The notes: generated by a model not told the origin, from the letters alone. Positions 1-9,519 are shown, counted from the first letter of the stretch. The stretch: 64,000 nucleotides of DNA from Flavobacteriales bacterium (GCA_947475275.1 CANJNE010000001.1:44897-108896), one strand, 5' to 3'. Made by a program: numbers and translations.

Positions 1-230
1 TCAGTAAGAAATAGGTAATAATGTCGTAATGTTTTGTATTGTACTCGAGGCCGAAATGAAGCATTAAGTAATAAATCCTTATTATCTATTATAGAAAATC
101 CAGCATCAAAAGCACCGCTCCAACCCATGGTGTCGTCGTAAATCCTTCTGTTTTCAATATTTACAACTTGCCCTGATAAACCTCCAATGTGGAATAAATA
201 AATAAATGTGATAAAAACTAAATTTTTCAT
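1..230 (-). CDS. 5' part of a secreted/outer-membrane protein gene that runs off the window start; possibly a DUF481-like beta-barrel
   Basis: Not in the ORF track because it has no stop in the window. The ATG at 230..228 overlaps the upstream TGA (ATGA). My translation is MKNLVFITFIYLFHIGGLSGQVVNIENRRIYDDTMGWSGAFDAGFSIIDNKDLLLNASFRPRVQYKTLRHYYLFLT. It has a signal-like N-terminus followed by a beta-strand-like pattern. Confidence 0.4.
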   Translation of the reverse strand, partial: MKNLVFITFIYLFHIGGLSGQVVNIENRRIYDDTMGWSGAFDAGFSIIDNKDLLLNASFRPRVQYKTLRHYYLFLT

Positions 231-1306
231 CTTTTGGAATTTCTATAAAGCAATAAAGCAATAAAACCAAAAAGCACATTAGGAACCCAAACTGCTATAT
301 AAGATGGGAAACCTACCTTAATTGCCGCTACCGTTGTCACCTTCATTGCAAATATATATATGAAAATAATTCCCAAACCAATAGCTATACTAACTCCAAT
401 TCCTCCTCTTTTTTTCTTGGAGGATACTGCTACACCAATAATTGTTAATACATAAGCCGCAAAAGGATATGACGATCTTTGATAAAGTTCAATTTCATAA
501 ACCGACACATTACCCGAACCTTTTTGCTTCTCGCGATCAATAAACTTTTTTAATTCCTCATAATCCATGGCTTCTGCGGCATTGATTCTTCTTGTCATTT
601 CATCTGCACGAAAATTAAAAACGGTGTCCTTTTGTTTTCCTTCAATCAAAATATCTTTTGGGTAACCTACTTTTCTTATGTAATAATCGGTTAGCTTCCA
701 ATTATCTGTATTGGGTTCATTATATGCAGTGCGGGCCTTTAAGAATGAAATGAGTTTTTTATTTTCGGCATCCCATTGTTCAATCACAAAATCATTTATC
801 AATTCCTCGTCAGAATAAAATGAAGAAAAATAAACAATTTGATTTCCTGGGTATTCAGCATGATAATCTTCAACCGCAAAAGATTCTCTATAAAAATTCT
901 CCTCAAATTGCAAGCGAACCTTATTGGATTTAGGCAATATGAAATGATTCATAAAAAGTGACAATAACATCAAAATTGTTGCGCCAATGAGATAAGGCCG
1001 AAGAAATCTAATAAAAGATCTTCCACTATTCCAAATTGGTATTATCTCGCTATTCTGAGCCATTTTGGCCGTAAACCAAATAACTGACACAAATATGATT
1101 AAAGAAGAAAATAGGTTTCCGTAATAGAGAATGAAATTCAAATAGTAATCAAATACAATGGCACCCAGAGGGGCATCATTATTAATAAATTCACTCAAAC
1201 GTTCAGATAAATCAAAAACTACAGCCAGTAGCATGATTACCCCCATCATAAAGAAGAATGTCTTCAGGAATTTCTTTATTATGTAACGGTCAATGATGGT
1301 TAGCAT
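227..1306 (-). CDS. LptF/LptG family (YjgP/YjgQ) LPS export permease
   Basis: 359 aa. The N-terminus MLTIIDRYIIKKFLKTFFF and the arrangement of N- and C-terminal TM clusters around a large central loop are typical of LptF/LptG. ATG at 1306. Confidence 0.8.
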   Translation of the reverse strand: MLTIIDRYIIKKFLKTFFFMMGVIMLLAVVFDLSERLSEFINNDAPLGAIVFDYYLNFILYYGNLFSSLIIFVSVIWFTAKMAQNSEIIPIWNSGRSFIRFLRPYLIGATILMLLSLFMNHFILPKSNKVRLQFEENFYRESFAVEDYHAEYPGNQIVYFSSFYSDEELINDFVIEQWDAENKKLISFLKARTAYNEPNTDNWKLTDYYIRKVGYPKDILIEGKQKDTVFNFRADEMTRRINAAEAMDYEELKKFIDREKQKGSGNVSVYEIELYQRSSYPFAAYVLTIIGVAVSSKKKRGGIGVSIAIGLGIIFIYIFAMKVTTVAAIKVGFPSYIAVWVPNVLFGFIALLLYRNSKR

Positions 1307-1310
1307 GTTA

Positions 1311-2441
1311 CTATAAACGGTTCTTTAACTTCGGTATTATTTGCTGCTTCCAAGTTGAAAAATTTCCTGATTTAATTTGATTTCTTGCCTCTCCAACCAA
1401 CCAAAGATAAAACCCAAGATTGTGAATGGTAGCAATTTGAATTCCCAGATTTTCTTTTGCTTTAATTAAATGTCTCAAATAAGCTTTTGTATAAACCTTA
1501 TCAACGTATGTAGTTCCATGAACATCCAATGGTGAAAAATCTTTAGCCCATTTTTCATTTTTAATATTAATTATCCCTTCTGAAGTGAACAACATTCCGT
1601 GTCTTGCATTTCTACTTGGCATCACGCAATCAAACATATCTACTCCAAGTGCTATGCATTCCAACAAATTAACGGGAGTTCCAACACCCATCAAATACCT
1701 TGGTTTATCTTCAGGTAAAACGCTACAGACCAATTCCGTCATTGCATACAATTCTTCTTCTGGTTCCCCTACAGACAATCCTCCTATTGCATTCCCACTA
1801 GCATTAGTTCCTGCAATATATTCGGCAGATTCAATTCGCAAATCCTTGTAAGTACTTCCTTGAACAATAGGAAACAGTGTTTGCTCATGACCATACAAAT
1901 TTGATGTTTCCTTCATTCTATTGATACAACGATCTAACCATCGATGCGTCATGTGCATTGAATTCTTGGCATATCGATAATCACAAGGATATGGCGTACA
2001 TTCATCAAAAGCCATTATGATATCAGCTCCAATCGTTCTTTGAATGTCTATTGCCCTTTCCGGTGTAAAGTAATGGTAACTTCCGTCCAAATGAGATTGA
2101 AATTTAACCCCCTCTTCTTGAATTTTTCGCGTCCCCGAAAGCGAATACACCTGATACCCACCACTATCTGTTAAAAGAGGTCGTTCCCAACCGATAAACT
2201 GATGCAAACCACCAGCTGCTGAAATGACATCCAAACCAGGTCTCAAATATAAATGATAAGTATTTCCCAAGATAATTTGAGCATTTATATCTTCCCTAAG
2301 TTCTTGTTGATGTACCCCTTTAACTGTTCCAGCGGTACCCACGGGCATAAAAATTGGCGTTTCAATAACACCATGGTCAGTATGCAAAAGTCCAGTTCGA
2401 GCTTTGCTCTGCAAATCTTTTTGAAGTATATCAAAGTGCAT
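1311..2441 (-). CDS. tgt: tRNA-guanine transglycosylase (queuine tRNA-ribosyltransferase)
   Basis: Motifs TPIFMPVGTAGTVKG, LLTDSGGYQV, MAFDEC, GVGTP, MFDCVMPSRNARHG and TIHNL. The track start at 2468 is TTG; the in-frame ATG at 2441 (MHFDILQKD...) gives a typical 376 aa. Confidence 0.95.
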   Translation of the reverse strand: MHFDILQKDLQSKARTGLLHTDHGVIETPIFMPVGTAGTVKGVHQQELREDINAQIILGNTYHLYLRPGLDVISAAGGLHQFIGWERPLLTDSGGYQVYSLSGTRKIQEEGVKFQSHLDGSYHYFTPERAIDIQRTIGADIIMAFDECTPYPCDYRYAKNSMHMTHRWLDRCINRMKETSNLYGHEQTLFPIVQGSTYKDLRIESAEYIAGTNASGNAIGGLSVGEPEEELYAMTELVCSVLPEDKPRYLMGVGTPVNLLECIALGVDMFDCVMPSRNARHGMLFTSEGIINIKNEKWAKDFSPLDVHGTTYVDKVYTKAYLRHLIKAKENLGIQIATIHNLGFYLWLVGEARNQIKSGNFSTWKQQIIPKLKNRL

Positions 2442-2521
2442 AAGATTGTTGAAAAAATCAGTTAACAAAGATACATGTATTTCCTTAAGCGCCCCATCTT
2501 TGTATTCAAGCTTTACAAGAA

Positions 2522-3658
2522 ATGCATTTTTTACCCGTATTTGATTTAAACATCAAAACGTTTATTTTTATTTTACTTGCTATCACTGCTCTAATTCAGC
2601 TATTGTATACTTTTTTTATACATGCAAGACTTGCATTTTATAGAAAAACAACATCTTTAAATGAAACAAATTGGGCATCGGTATCCATAATTATCGCTGC
2701 AAGAAATGAAAGCGATAATCTATATGAAAACCTACCTTTAATTCTCGACCAAGATTATCCAGAATTTGAAGTAATTGTAGTAAACCATCAATCAACTGAT
2801 GATTCCTCATACCTATTGAATGCATACGCCAGGCAATTTCCTAATTTAAAAATTATAGAGGTTGCGAAAAGCAATCATCTGAAGCCGGGAAAAAAGCTCC
2901 CAATTACAATTGGTATAAAAGGTGCAAAATATGATTACATAGTATTAACTGATGCTGATTGTAAACCAAATTCTAGAAACTGGTTAAAACATATTTCACA
3001 TAATTTAATGAGCGGTAAAGAATTAGTTATAGGATATAGCCCATATGTCCGAAAAAAGGGATTTCTCAATAAGCTTATTAGGTTTGACACTACTTGGATA
3101 GGAATGAATTATTTATCAATGGCATTGGCTCGAAATCCATACATGAGTGTCGGAAGAAACTTAGCATATACTAAAAATCTTTTTGAATCTGTTAAAGGAT
3201 TTAAATCACATTACGCAATCCCATCTGGCGATGATGACCTGTTTGTTCAGGATGCAGCAAAAAACAATAATTACGCTATTTGTTTGAATAGCGAATCTTT
3301 TACTATTTCCGAACCCCACGAAACTTTTTCTGGGTGGGTAAGGCAGAAAACTAGACATTTCTCTACCTCTAACCATTACAAGGTTTTCAAAAGGTTGTTG
3401 TTAGGAATATATCCACTCACCCTGCTAATCATGTACTTTTCCTTTATTATTTTGTTATGTGATATAGAGTTTAGATGGCTTGCATTAAGCTTGTTTCTAT
3501 TCACAACAATAATAAAATGGTGGATTCAAGGCAGATGTTTAAAAAAGCTAGAGGGTAATAGGTTTATACCATATTTACCTTTTTGGGATTTGTTTTATGC
3601 TTTGATACTACCAATTTTGTTTTATACAACAGATAAAAAGGAAACGGTTAAATGGTAG
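2522..3658 (+). CDS. membrane-bound family 2 glycosyltransferase
   Basis: N-terminal TM segment, then a GT-A core (SIIIAARNES, LTDADCKP, SGDDDLF, RQKTRH), followed by C-terminal TM segments. Confidence 0.8.
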   Translation: MHFLPVFDLNIKTFIFILLAITALIQLLYTFFIHARLAFYRKTTSLNETNWASVSIIIAARNESDNLYENLPLILDQDYPEFEVIVVNHQSTDDSSYLLNAYARQFPNLKIIEVAKSNHLKPGKKLPITIGIKGAKYDYIVLTDADCKPNSRNWLKHISHNLMSGKELVIGYSPYVRKKGFLNKLIRFDTTWIGMNYLSMALARNPYMSVGRNLAYTKNLFESVKGFKSHYAIPSGDDDLFVQDAAKNNNYAICLNSESFTISEPHETFSGWVRQKTRHFSTSNHYKVFKRLLLGIYPLTLLIMYFSFIILLCDIEFRWLALSLFLFTTIIKWWIQGRCLKKLEGNRFIPYLPFWDLFYALILPILFYTTDKKETVKW

Positions 3659-4257
3659 AAACAGAGCACTTATCAGACAAAGCAAAATATGATTTAACCC
3701 TTGTAGAATCCGCGAAATTAGGAAATCAAGCTGCTTATGCTGAACTCATGGACCGTTATAGGGAATCTATTTATTACATGATGTTTAAAATGGTTAAACA
3801 TTCTGATGATGCAGATGATCTTACCATTGAAGCCTTCGGAAAAGCATTCAGTCGCTTGGAACAATATTCCCCAAGTTTTGCTTTCAGCACATGGTTATTT
3901 AAAATTGCTTCAAATAATTGTATAGATTTCATCCGTAAAAAAAGGATTAAAGTTACTTCGATGGATACCGGCTTCACAACCAACGACGGTGCGGTTATTT
4001 TTGTTGATGCTAAAGCAAATACTTTAGACCCTGAAGAAACCGTAATTCATGGGCAAAAAGTAAAGCATATGCGTATGTTAGTGAGTAAACTAAAACCGAG
4101 ATATCGTGTGCTTGTAGAAAAACGTTACTTTGAAGAGTTGAGCTATGAAGAAATTTCAGAAGAACTAAACTTGCCATTAGGAACAGTAAAAGCGCAATTG
4201 TTCAGAGCTCGAGATTTTCTTGCCAGTATGATTGATCAAACGAAGGACACTATTTGA
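3652..4257 (+). CDS. ECF-type sigma-70 family RNA polymerase sigma factor
   Basis: Region 2 (YRESIYYMMFKMV..DDADDLTIEAF...STWLFKIASNNCIDFIRKK) and region 4 (YFEELSYEEISEELNLPLGTVKAQLFRAR). Overlaps the GT2 gene by 7 nt. Confidence 0.85.
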   Translation: MVETEHLSDKAKYDLTLVESAKLGNQAAYAELMDRYRESIYYMMFKMVKHSDDADDLTIEAFGKAFSRLEQYSPSFAFSTWLFKIASNNCIDFIRKKRIKVTSMDTGFTTNDGAVIFVDAKANTLDPEETVIHGQKVKHMRMLVSKLKPRYRVLVEKRYFEELSYEEISEELNLPLGTVKAQLFRARDFLASMIDQTKDTI

Positions 4258-4280
4258 CTTGAATTTTTTGACCATGATTT

Positions 4281-4901
4281 ATGGAAATCCTTGAAAAATA
4301 CTTTTCGGAAATTAGTGAACAGCAATTAAAACAATTTCAAGCATTAGAAGCTTTATACTTTTATTGGAACCAACAAATCAATGTTATTTCAAGAAAAGAT
4401 ACCGAAAACTTTTATGAAAGACATGTTTTACACTCACTAGGCATTGCCAAAGTTATTACATTTAAGAAAGGAACCAAAATATTAGATGTAGGCACTGGCG
4501 GTGGTTTCCCTGGTATTCCAATGGCCATAATGTTTCCTGAATGTGATTTTACATTGATTGATTCTATAGGAAAAAAAATAAAAGTTGTTAATGAAATTAG
4601 CCAATCATTAGGTCTTAAGAATGTGAAGGCTATACATGGTAGAGCAGACAGTATAAACTCGCAATTCGACTTTATCATTAGTAGAGCGGTCACAAACATA
4701 CCTGCTTTTCTGCCATGGACGCATAAAAAATTCAGAAAGGATAGTATTAATTCCTTGAAAAATGGCATACTGTACCTCAAGGGTGAAAACGTAACCGATG
4801 AATTAATTGATCTAAAAATTGACTTTAAAATTTTTCCACTTCGTTCGTTCTTCAAGGAAGAATTTTTCGAAACCAAAGTCCTTTTGTACATTAAAGCATA
4901 A
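4281..4901 (+). CDS. rsmG: 16S rRNA (guanine527-N7)-methyltransferase
   Basis: 206 aa with the SAM motif LDVGTGGGFPGIPMAI and a GidB-like N-terminus. Confidence 0.9.
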   Translation: MEILEKYFSEISEQQLKQFQALEALYFYWNQQINVISRKDTENFYERHVLHSLGIAKVITFKKGTKILDVGTGGGFPGIPMAIMFPECDFTLIDSIGKKIKVVNEISQSLGLKNVKAIHGRADSINSQFDFIISRAVTNIPAFLPWTHKKFRKDSINSLKNGILYLKGENVTDELIDLKIDFKIFPLRSFFKEEFFETKVLLYIKA

Positions 4902-4933
4902 AAACACCTCCATTTTTAATTATTATTGTTTGC

Positions 4934-5527
4934 ATGCAAAATATAACCCATCAAGTCTCAGAAATTAGCCTTGAGCAACGTTCAGAAATGAAAGGTCATA
5001 AGTCTTTGGTAATCTGGTTTACCGGGCTATCCGGGAGCGGAAAATCCACAATTGCAAATGAATTGGAAAAGTTATTTCATAACGATGGATTTCACACTTA
5101 TATTCTCGATGGGGATAATTTAAGGCTAGGATTAAATAAGGATTTGACTTTTAGCCAAGAAGACCGCACTGAAAACTTGCGAAGGGTCGCTGAAGTGGCT
5201 AAATTGATGACTGATGCTGGAATAATAACAATTGCAGCATTTATTACTCCATTAGAGTCTGATAGAAAAATAGTGCGAGAAATCATTGGTTTGGAAAATT
5301 TTTATGATGTATTTGTAGACACTTCTTTGGAAGAATGTATCAAACGAGATGTAAAAGGTTTATATAAAAAAGCTTTGGCGGGTGAGATTTCAAATTTCAC
5401 TGGTGTTAGCGCACCTTTTGAACGGCCCATGAATTGCCAGCTACACATTGAAACAGAGAACTATACTCCAGAGAAAGCTGCAATAAAAATTTATGATTCA
5501 ATTAGGCATAAACTTATTTTACAATAA
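4934..5527 (+). CDS. cysC: adenylyl-sulfate (APS) kinase
   Basis: P-loop WFTGLSGSGKSTIA, LDGDNLR, and a typical length of 197 aa. Confidence 0.9.
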   Translation: MQNITHQVSEISLEQRSEMKGHKSLVIWFTGLSGSGKSTIANELEKLFHNDGFHTYILDGDNLRLGLNKDLTFSQEDRTENLRRVAEVAKLMTDAGIITIAAFITPLESDRKIVREIIGLENFYDVFVDTSLEECIKRDVKGLYKKALAGEISNFTGVSAPFERPMNCQLHIETENYTPEKAAIKIYDSIRHKLILQ

Positions 5528-5542
5528 TCCATCAATAACTTT

Positions 5543-6331
5543 ATGACGCAAAAAGAATTATTGGAAACAGCTATTTTTGCTGCTATTGAGGCAGGTGAAA
5601 AAATTTTAAGTATATACAATTCAGAAGATTTTGGAATTGAAAACAAATCAGATGATTCACCATTAACCAAGGCAGATTTATTGGCTCACCATTGTATTTT
5701 ATCACATTTAGAAAAAACCAATATTCCAGTTTTATCAGAAGAAGGCGCTTCAATTCCTTATACCCAAAGATCTAAATGGGATAAGTTATGGATTGTCGAC
5801 CCATTAGATGGCACAAAAGAATTCATCAAGCGAAATGGCGAATTTACGGTTAACATAGCACTTGTAATTAACCAAACACCATTTTTAGGTGTTGTTTATG
5901 TCCCTGTAACAAGAACTATTTATTTTGGAACTGAAGGATTAGGGTCATACAGCTACGTCGTCGATGAGATTGAACCTTTAATGAACTTAGACGATAAATT
6001 CAAACTTCCAAAAACTTCATCTAGACCTTTATACACCATTGTTGCGAGTCGTTCACATTTGTCGAATGAGACTGTGAATTTTATTGAAGACTTGAGAAAA
6101 ACACATGGAGATGTAGACATTGTTTCAAAAGGATCATCTTTGAAATTATGCATGGTTGCCGATGGCACAGCCGATTGCTATCCACGTTTTGCACCAACAA
6201 TGGAATGGGATATTGCTGCAGGTCACGCTGTTTGTAAATTTTCAGGAAAAACAGTTATTGATTGGTTAACAAAAAACGAAATGAAATACAATCGCGAAAA
6301 CCTATTAAACAATTGGTTTGTTGTTAGCTAG
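5543..6331 (+). CDS. cysQ: 3'(2'),5'-bisphosphate nucleotidase (inositol monophosphatase family)
   Basis: Motifs LSEEG, WIVDPLDGTKEF and WDIAAGHAV. Lies immediately after cysC. Confidence 0.85.
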   Translation: MTQKELLETAIFAAIEAGEKILSIYNSEDFGIENKSDDSPLTKADLLAHHCILSHLEKTNIPVLSEEGASIPYTQRSKWDKLWIVDPLDGTKEFIKRNGEFTVNIALVINQTPFLGVVYVPVTRTIYFGTEGLGSYSYVVDEIEPLMNLDDKFKLPKTSSRPLYTIVASRSHLSNETVNFIEDLRKTHGDVDIVSKGSSLKLCMVADGTADCYPRFAPTMEWDIAAGHAVCKFSGKTVIDWLTKNEMKYNRENLLNNWFVVS

Positions 6332-6870
6332 GAATTCAATTTATATTTTTTAAAAAAAGCATCCCAATTCCAAATAAAATTGGTCATTACCTCATCCATT
6401 CTCTTCAAGAATAAAGGATTTGGAGCTTGCATTCTTCTGAAGTATTCGTCTTGAAAGTTATTTAAATTATATTTATGAAAAACAGCCTTTGACATGCCAT
6501 AAATCATATTTTTAGAAGGGTGATTTACACGTGTAATGAAAGACTGGTATTCACGTATTATTTTCGTGAAATCGCCTTCATTTAGGCCGTAAATTTTTGA
6601 AAGCTTTTGAAAAATTAATCTTTCAACCCTACCCGCTTGTTCAGGATCAAAAGTGCTTTCTAAAAAAGACAAATTTCCTACAATTACAATCATACCAAAT
6701 TCAGCATTGGCATTAACCGCTATTTCAGGTGACCTTACGAAAGCAACATCCTCATTGATCATATTTGCCACTTCTACAAAACCATTATCAATGGTTTCAA
6801 GCAAAGCATTTATGAAAATGTTAGCAACCTGATTGTCGGTTAATTTTCTTTTAAGAGATAGACCAAGCAT
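6328..6870 (-). CDS. hypothetical protein
   Basis: 180-aa ORF with an ATG start. No motif that I recognise. Its stop codon overlaps the cysQ stop (CTAG). Confidence 0.5.
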   Translation of the reverse strand: MLGLSLKRKLTDNQVANIFINALLETIDNGFVEVANMINEDVAFVRSPEIAVNANAEFGMIVIVGNLSFLESTFDPEQAGRVERLIFQKLSKIYGLNEGDFTKIIREYQSFITRVNHPSKNMIYGMSKAVFHKYNLNNFQDEYFRRMQAPNPLFLKRMDEVMTNFIWNWDAFFKKYKLNS

Positions 6871-7017
6871 TCTTTAAGTTGGTTGATGTTTGTTAATACA
6901 AATTTAAGATTACTCGAAACCATTTTTGCGTAATGAATAAGGAGGTTTTCAACGAAGTTTTCAACATCAGTCAATTTTCATTTATAAATAGAAAATTAAA
7001 TTTCCTTTAAAAAATCA

Positions 7018-9519
7018 ATGACAAATAATTTGCCCTTTAATGGGTTAAATACAGAAATTGCGTTAGAAAGATTAAAGAAAAACGGTAAAAATGAATTGCC
7101 ATCCGACCAACCAAAAATGCTTTATCGAATCGCATTTGAAGTGTTCAAGGAACCTATGTTTTTACTTTTAGTTATTTGTGGTGGTTTATACGTTATAATT
7201 GGAGACTATCGTGAAGGGTTCATATTATTAAGCACCATAATCATCATAATTGCTATAACTATATTTCAGCATCAAAGAACTGAAAAAGCACTTTTCGAAC
7301 TCAATAAATTAGCGGTATCTAAAGTGTTGGTTTATCGCGACAAAAATTTAGTTTGGATTTTATCAACAGATATTGTTATTGATGACATTGTTAAACTGAC
7401 CGAAGGTTGTATTATACCCGCAGATGGAATTTACATGTATGGGGATGGTATAGCTGTTGACGAATCTTTTCTAACAGGTGAGGCCATTTCCGTATTCAAG
7501 TCATGTGAAACAAATAATGAGCTCTTTAGTGGTGCTTTTATAACTAAAGGTAGTGGTTTTATGATCGTTAAAAAAACAGGGGTTGAGACGCAAATTGGCA
7601 AAATTGGAAAATCCCTACAAACGATACAAAAAGTGACATCTCCCTTACAAATGGAATTTAAAAAATTGATTAAAAATCTTTTCGTAATAGGGATTTTATT
7701 GAGCGTTACTGTAACACTCCTCTATTATTTTAGTCGACATGATTTGACCAATGCAATTCTTAACGGTCTGAGCGCGGCAATGGCTATCCTTCCGGAAGAA
7801 CTTCCTGTTGTTTTTACTATATTCACTATTCTTGGTTCACTAAAACTCAGCAAAATAAAAGTACTGACAAGAAAACAAAATGCGATAGAAAATATTGGTT
7901 CTATTACTGTTATTTGCAGCGACAAAACAGGGACATTGACACAAAACATTATGCGCATAACAGATGTTTTTATAGATGGACAATGGGAAAATATCGATAA
8001 TGAAACGAATCGAAGAATAACCCTACAAACATTAATTAATAAGCTCTCCTTTGCTACCGATCAGCAGAGCTTTGATCCAATGGACAAGGCAATAAATAAG
8101 TTGTCGAATGTTCAAAATGAAAACAACTTCGAATGCATTAAAGATTTTCCATTCAATACAAAGGATATGGTTTATTATCGCATTGTATGTGATAAGATTT
8201 TTCAAACCACTTCTATTTATTGCAAAGGTGCGCCTGAAACAATATTTAAAATGTGTTTTGATGATAATAATATCATTCAACAAATGGAAAAGCAAGTTAT
8301 CGAATTGGCACAAGGTGGAAAAAGAATAATTGCACTTGCAAGCTATTCTCTAAACGCAATAAAAGTTCCGAATGAATTACCGAAAAATAATTATCTTTTT
8401 GAAGGTTTGTTTGCATTTGAAGATCCCATAAGACCAGAAGCACCCGCAGCTGTTCTTTCATGTAAAAATGCTGGTATTAAAGTTTTCCTCATTACCGGAG
8501 ATTTCCCAAATACTGCATTGGGAATAGCAGAACAATTAGGAATTTCAGTGAATAAGGAAGTCCTAAGAGGTGATGTGATGGATAAACTTTCAGACAAAGA
8601 ACTTTTTGATTATTTAACTAAGAGTAATGTAATCGCCAGAGTTAAACCAGAGCAAAAATTAAGAATTGTTGATGTGCTTCAAAAAAATGGCGAGGTAGTA
8701 GCAATGACTGGTGACGGGATAAATGATGCTCCTGCTCTTAAAGCTGCTGATGTAGGAATTGCAATGGGATTAAAAGGAACAGATTTAGCAAGAGCTACCG
8801 CATCACTAATCATTTTAGATGACAATTTTGCTTCGATTGTTCATGCCATTCGATTGGGCCGTGGTATTATTGAAAACCTTCAAAAGGCTTTTTCATATAT
8901 TCTATCCATTCATATACCTATTATTGGACTTACTTTAATTCCTTCGATAAACATTAGTCTTCCAATACTACTGTTACCAATTCACATTGTATTTCTTGAA
9001 TTAATCATTGATCCAATTAGTTCTATTGCATTCGAAACACAACCCTTAGAAGGAAATGTAATGCATCAGCCTCCTCGAAACCCTAAGCGACTTTTTTTTG
9101 GTTGGCACCAAATAGGATACAGTATAGTAAAAGGCACATTATTACTTGCATCGATCTTAAGTATATATTTCATTACAAAAAATGATAAAAATACCGAAGA
9201 GACGATAAGGGGAATATTATTCTCTTCATTAATACTTGGAAATATTGCATTGATATGGAGTAGCCTATCTAGTAAACCCAGTCTAAATATTTATTCTATT
9301 ATCAAAAATAAATTTGCAATATTCGTTTTGGGCCTGGCAATGACTATATTATTTCTTGCGCTTTTCATTCCTCAATTGGGATTGCTTTTTAAAATTTCAA
9401 ATCCAGGAAGTAAAAATTTAATTATCGTTTTCTTAGCCACTGTATTGTTTTTCCTATGCTTAGAAGCTACTAAATATATTTTCAGAAAAAAATCAATTTT
9501 AACGTCTAGTTCCGAATAG
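7018..9519 (+). CDS. cation-translocating P-type ATPase (type II, Ca2+/Mg2+-ATPase-like)
   Basis: 833 aa with the phosphorylation site CSDKTGTLTQN, the TGES-like LTGEA, the hinge MTGDGINDAPALKAADVGIAMG, and about 10 TM segments. Confidence 0.9.
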   Translation: MTNNLPFNGLNTEIALERLKKNGKNELPSDQPKMLYRIAFEVFKEPMFLLLVICGGLYVIIGDYREGFILLSTIIIIIAITIFQHQRTEKALFELNKLAVSKVLVYRDKNLVWILSTDIVIDDIVKLTEGCIIPADGIYMYGDGIAVDESFLTGEAISVFKSCETNNELFSGAFITKGSGFMIVKKTGVETQIGKIGKSLQTIQKVTSPLQMEFKKLIKNLFVIGILLSVTVTLLYYFSRHDLTNAILNGLSAAMAILPEELPVVFTIFTILGSLKLSKIKVLTRKQNAIENIGSITVICSDKTGTLTQNIMRITDVFIDGQWENIDNETNRRITLQTLINKLSFATDQQSFDPMDKAINKLSNVQNENNFECIKDFPFNTKDMVYYRIVCDKIFQTTSIYCKGAPETIFKMCFDDNNIIQQMEKQVIELAQGGKRIIALASYSLNAIKVPNELPKNNYLFEGLFAFEDPIRPEAPAAVLSCKNAGIKVFLITGDFPNTALGIAEQLGISVNKEVLRGDVMDKLSDKELFDYLTKSNVIARVKPEQKLRIVDVLQKNGEVVAMTGDGINDAPALKAADVGIAMGLKGTDLARATASLIILDDNFASIVHAIRLGRGIIENLQKAFSYILSIHIPIIGLTLIPSINISLPILLLPIHIVFLELIIDPISSIAFETQPLEGNVMHQPPRNPKRLFFGWHQIGYSIVKGTLLLASILSIYFITKNDKNTEETIRGILFSSLILGNIALIWSSLSSKPSLNIYSIIKNKFAIFVLGLAMTILFLALFIPQLGLLFKISNPGSKNLIIVFLATVLFFLCLEATKYIFRKKSILTSSSE

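Noticed and set aside
2441-2468. N-terminal extensions in the ORF track that begin at TTG/GTG. Examples are tgt 2468, M14 14733, porP 53951, ABC-F 47197, the lipoprotein at 34028, HU 30013, ssb 31040 and topA 57707.
   Set aside because: In-frame ATGs downstream give canonical family N-termini or signal peptides and remove overlaps with neighbours, so the extended starts were not adopted.
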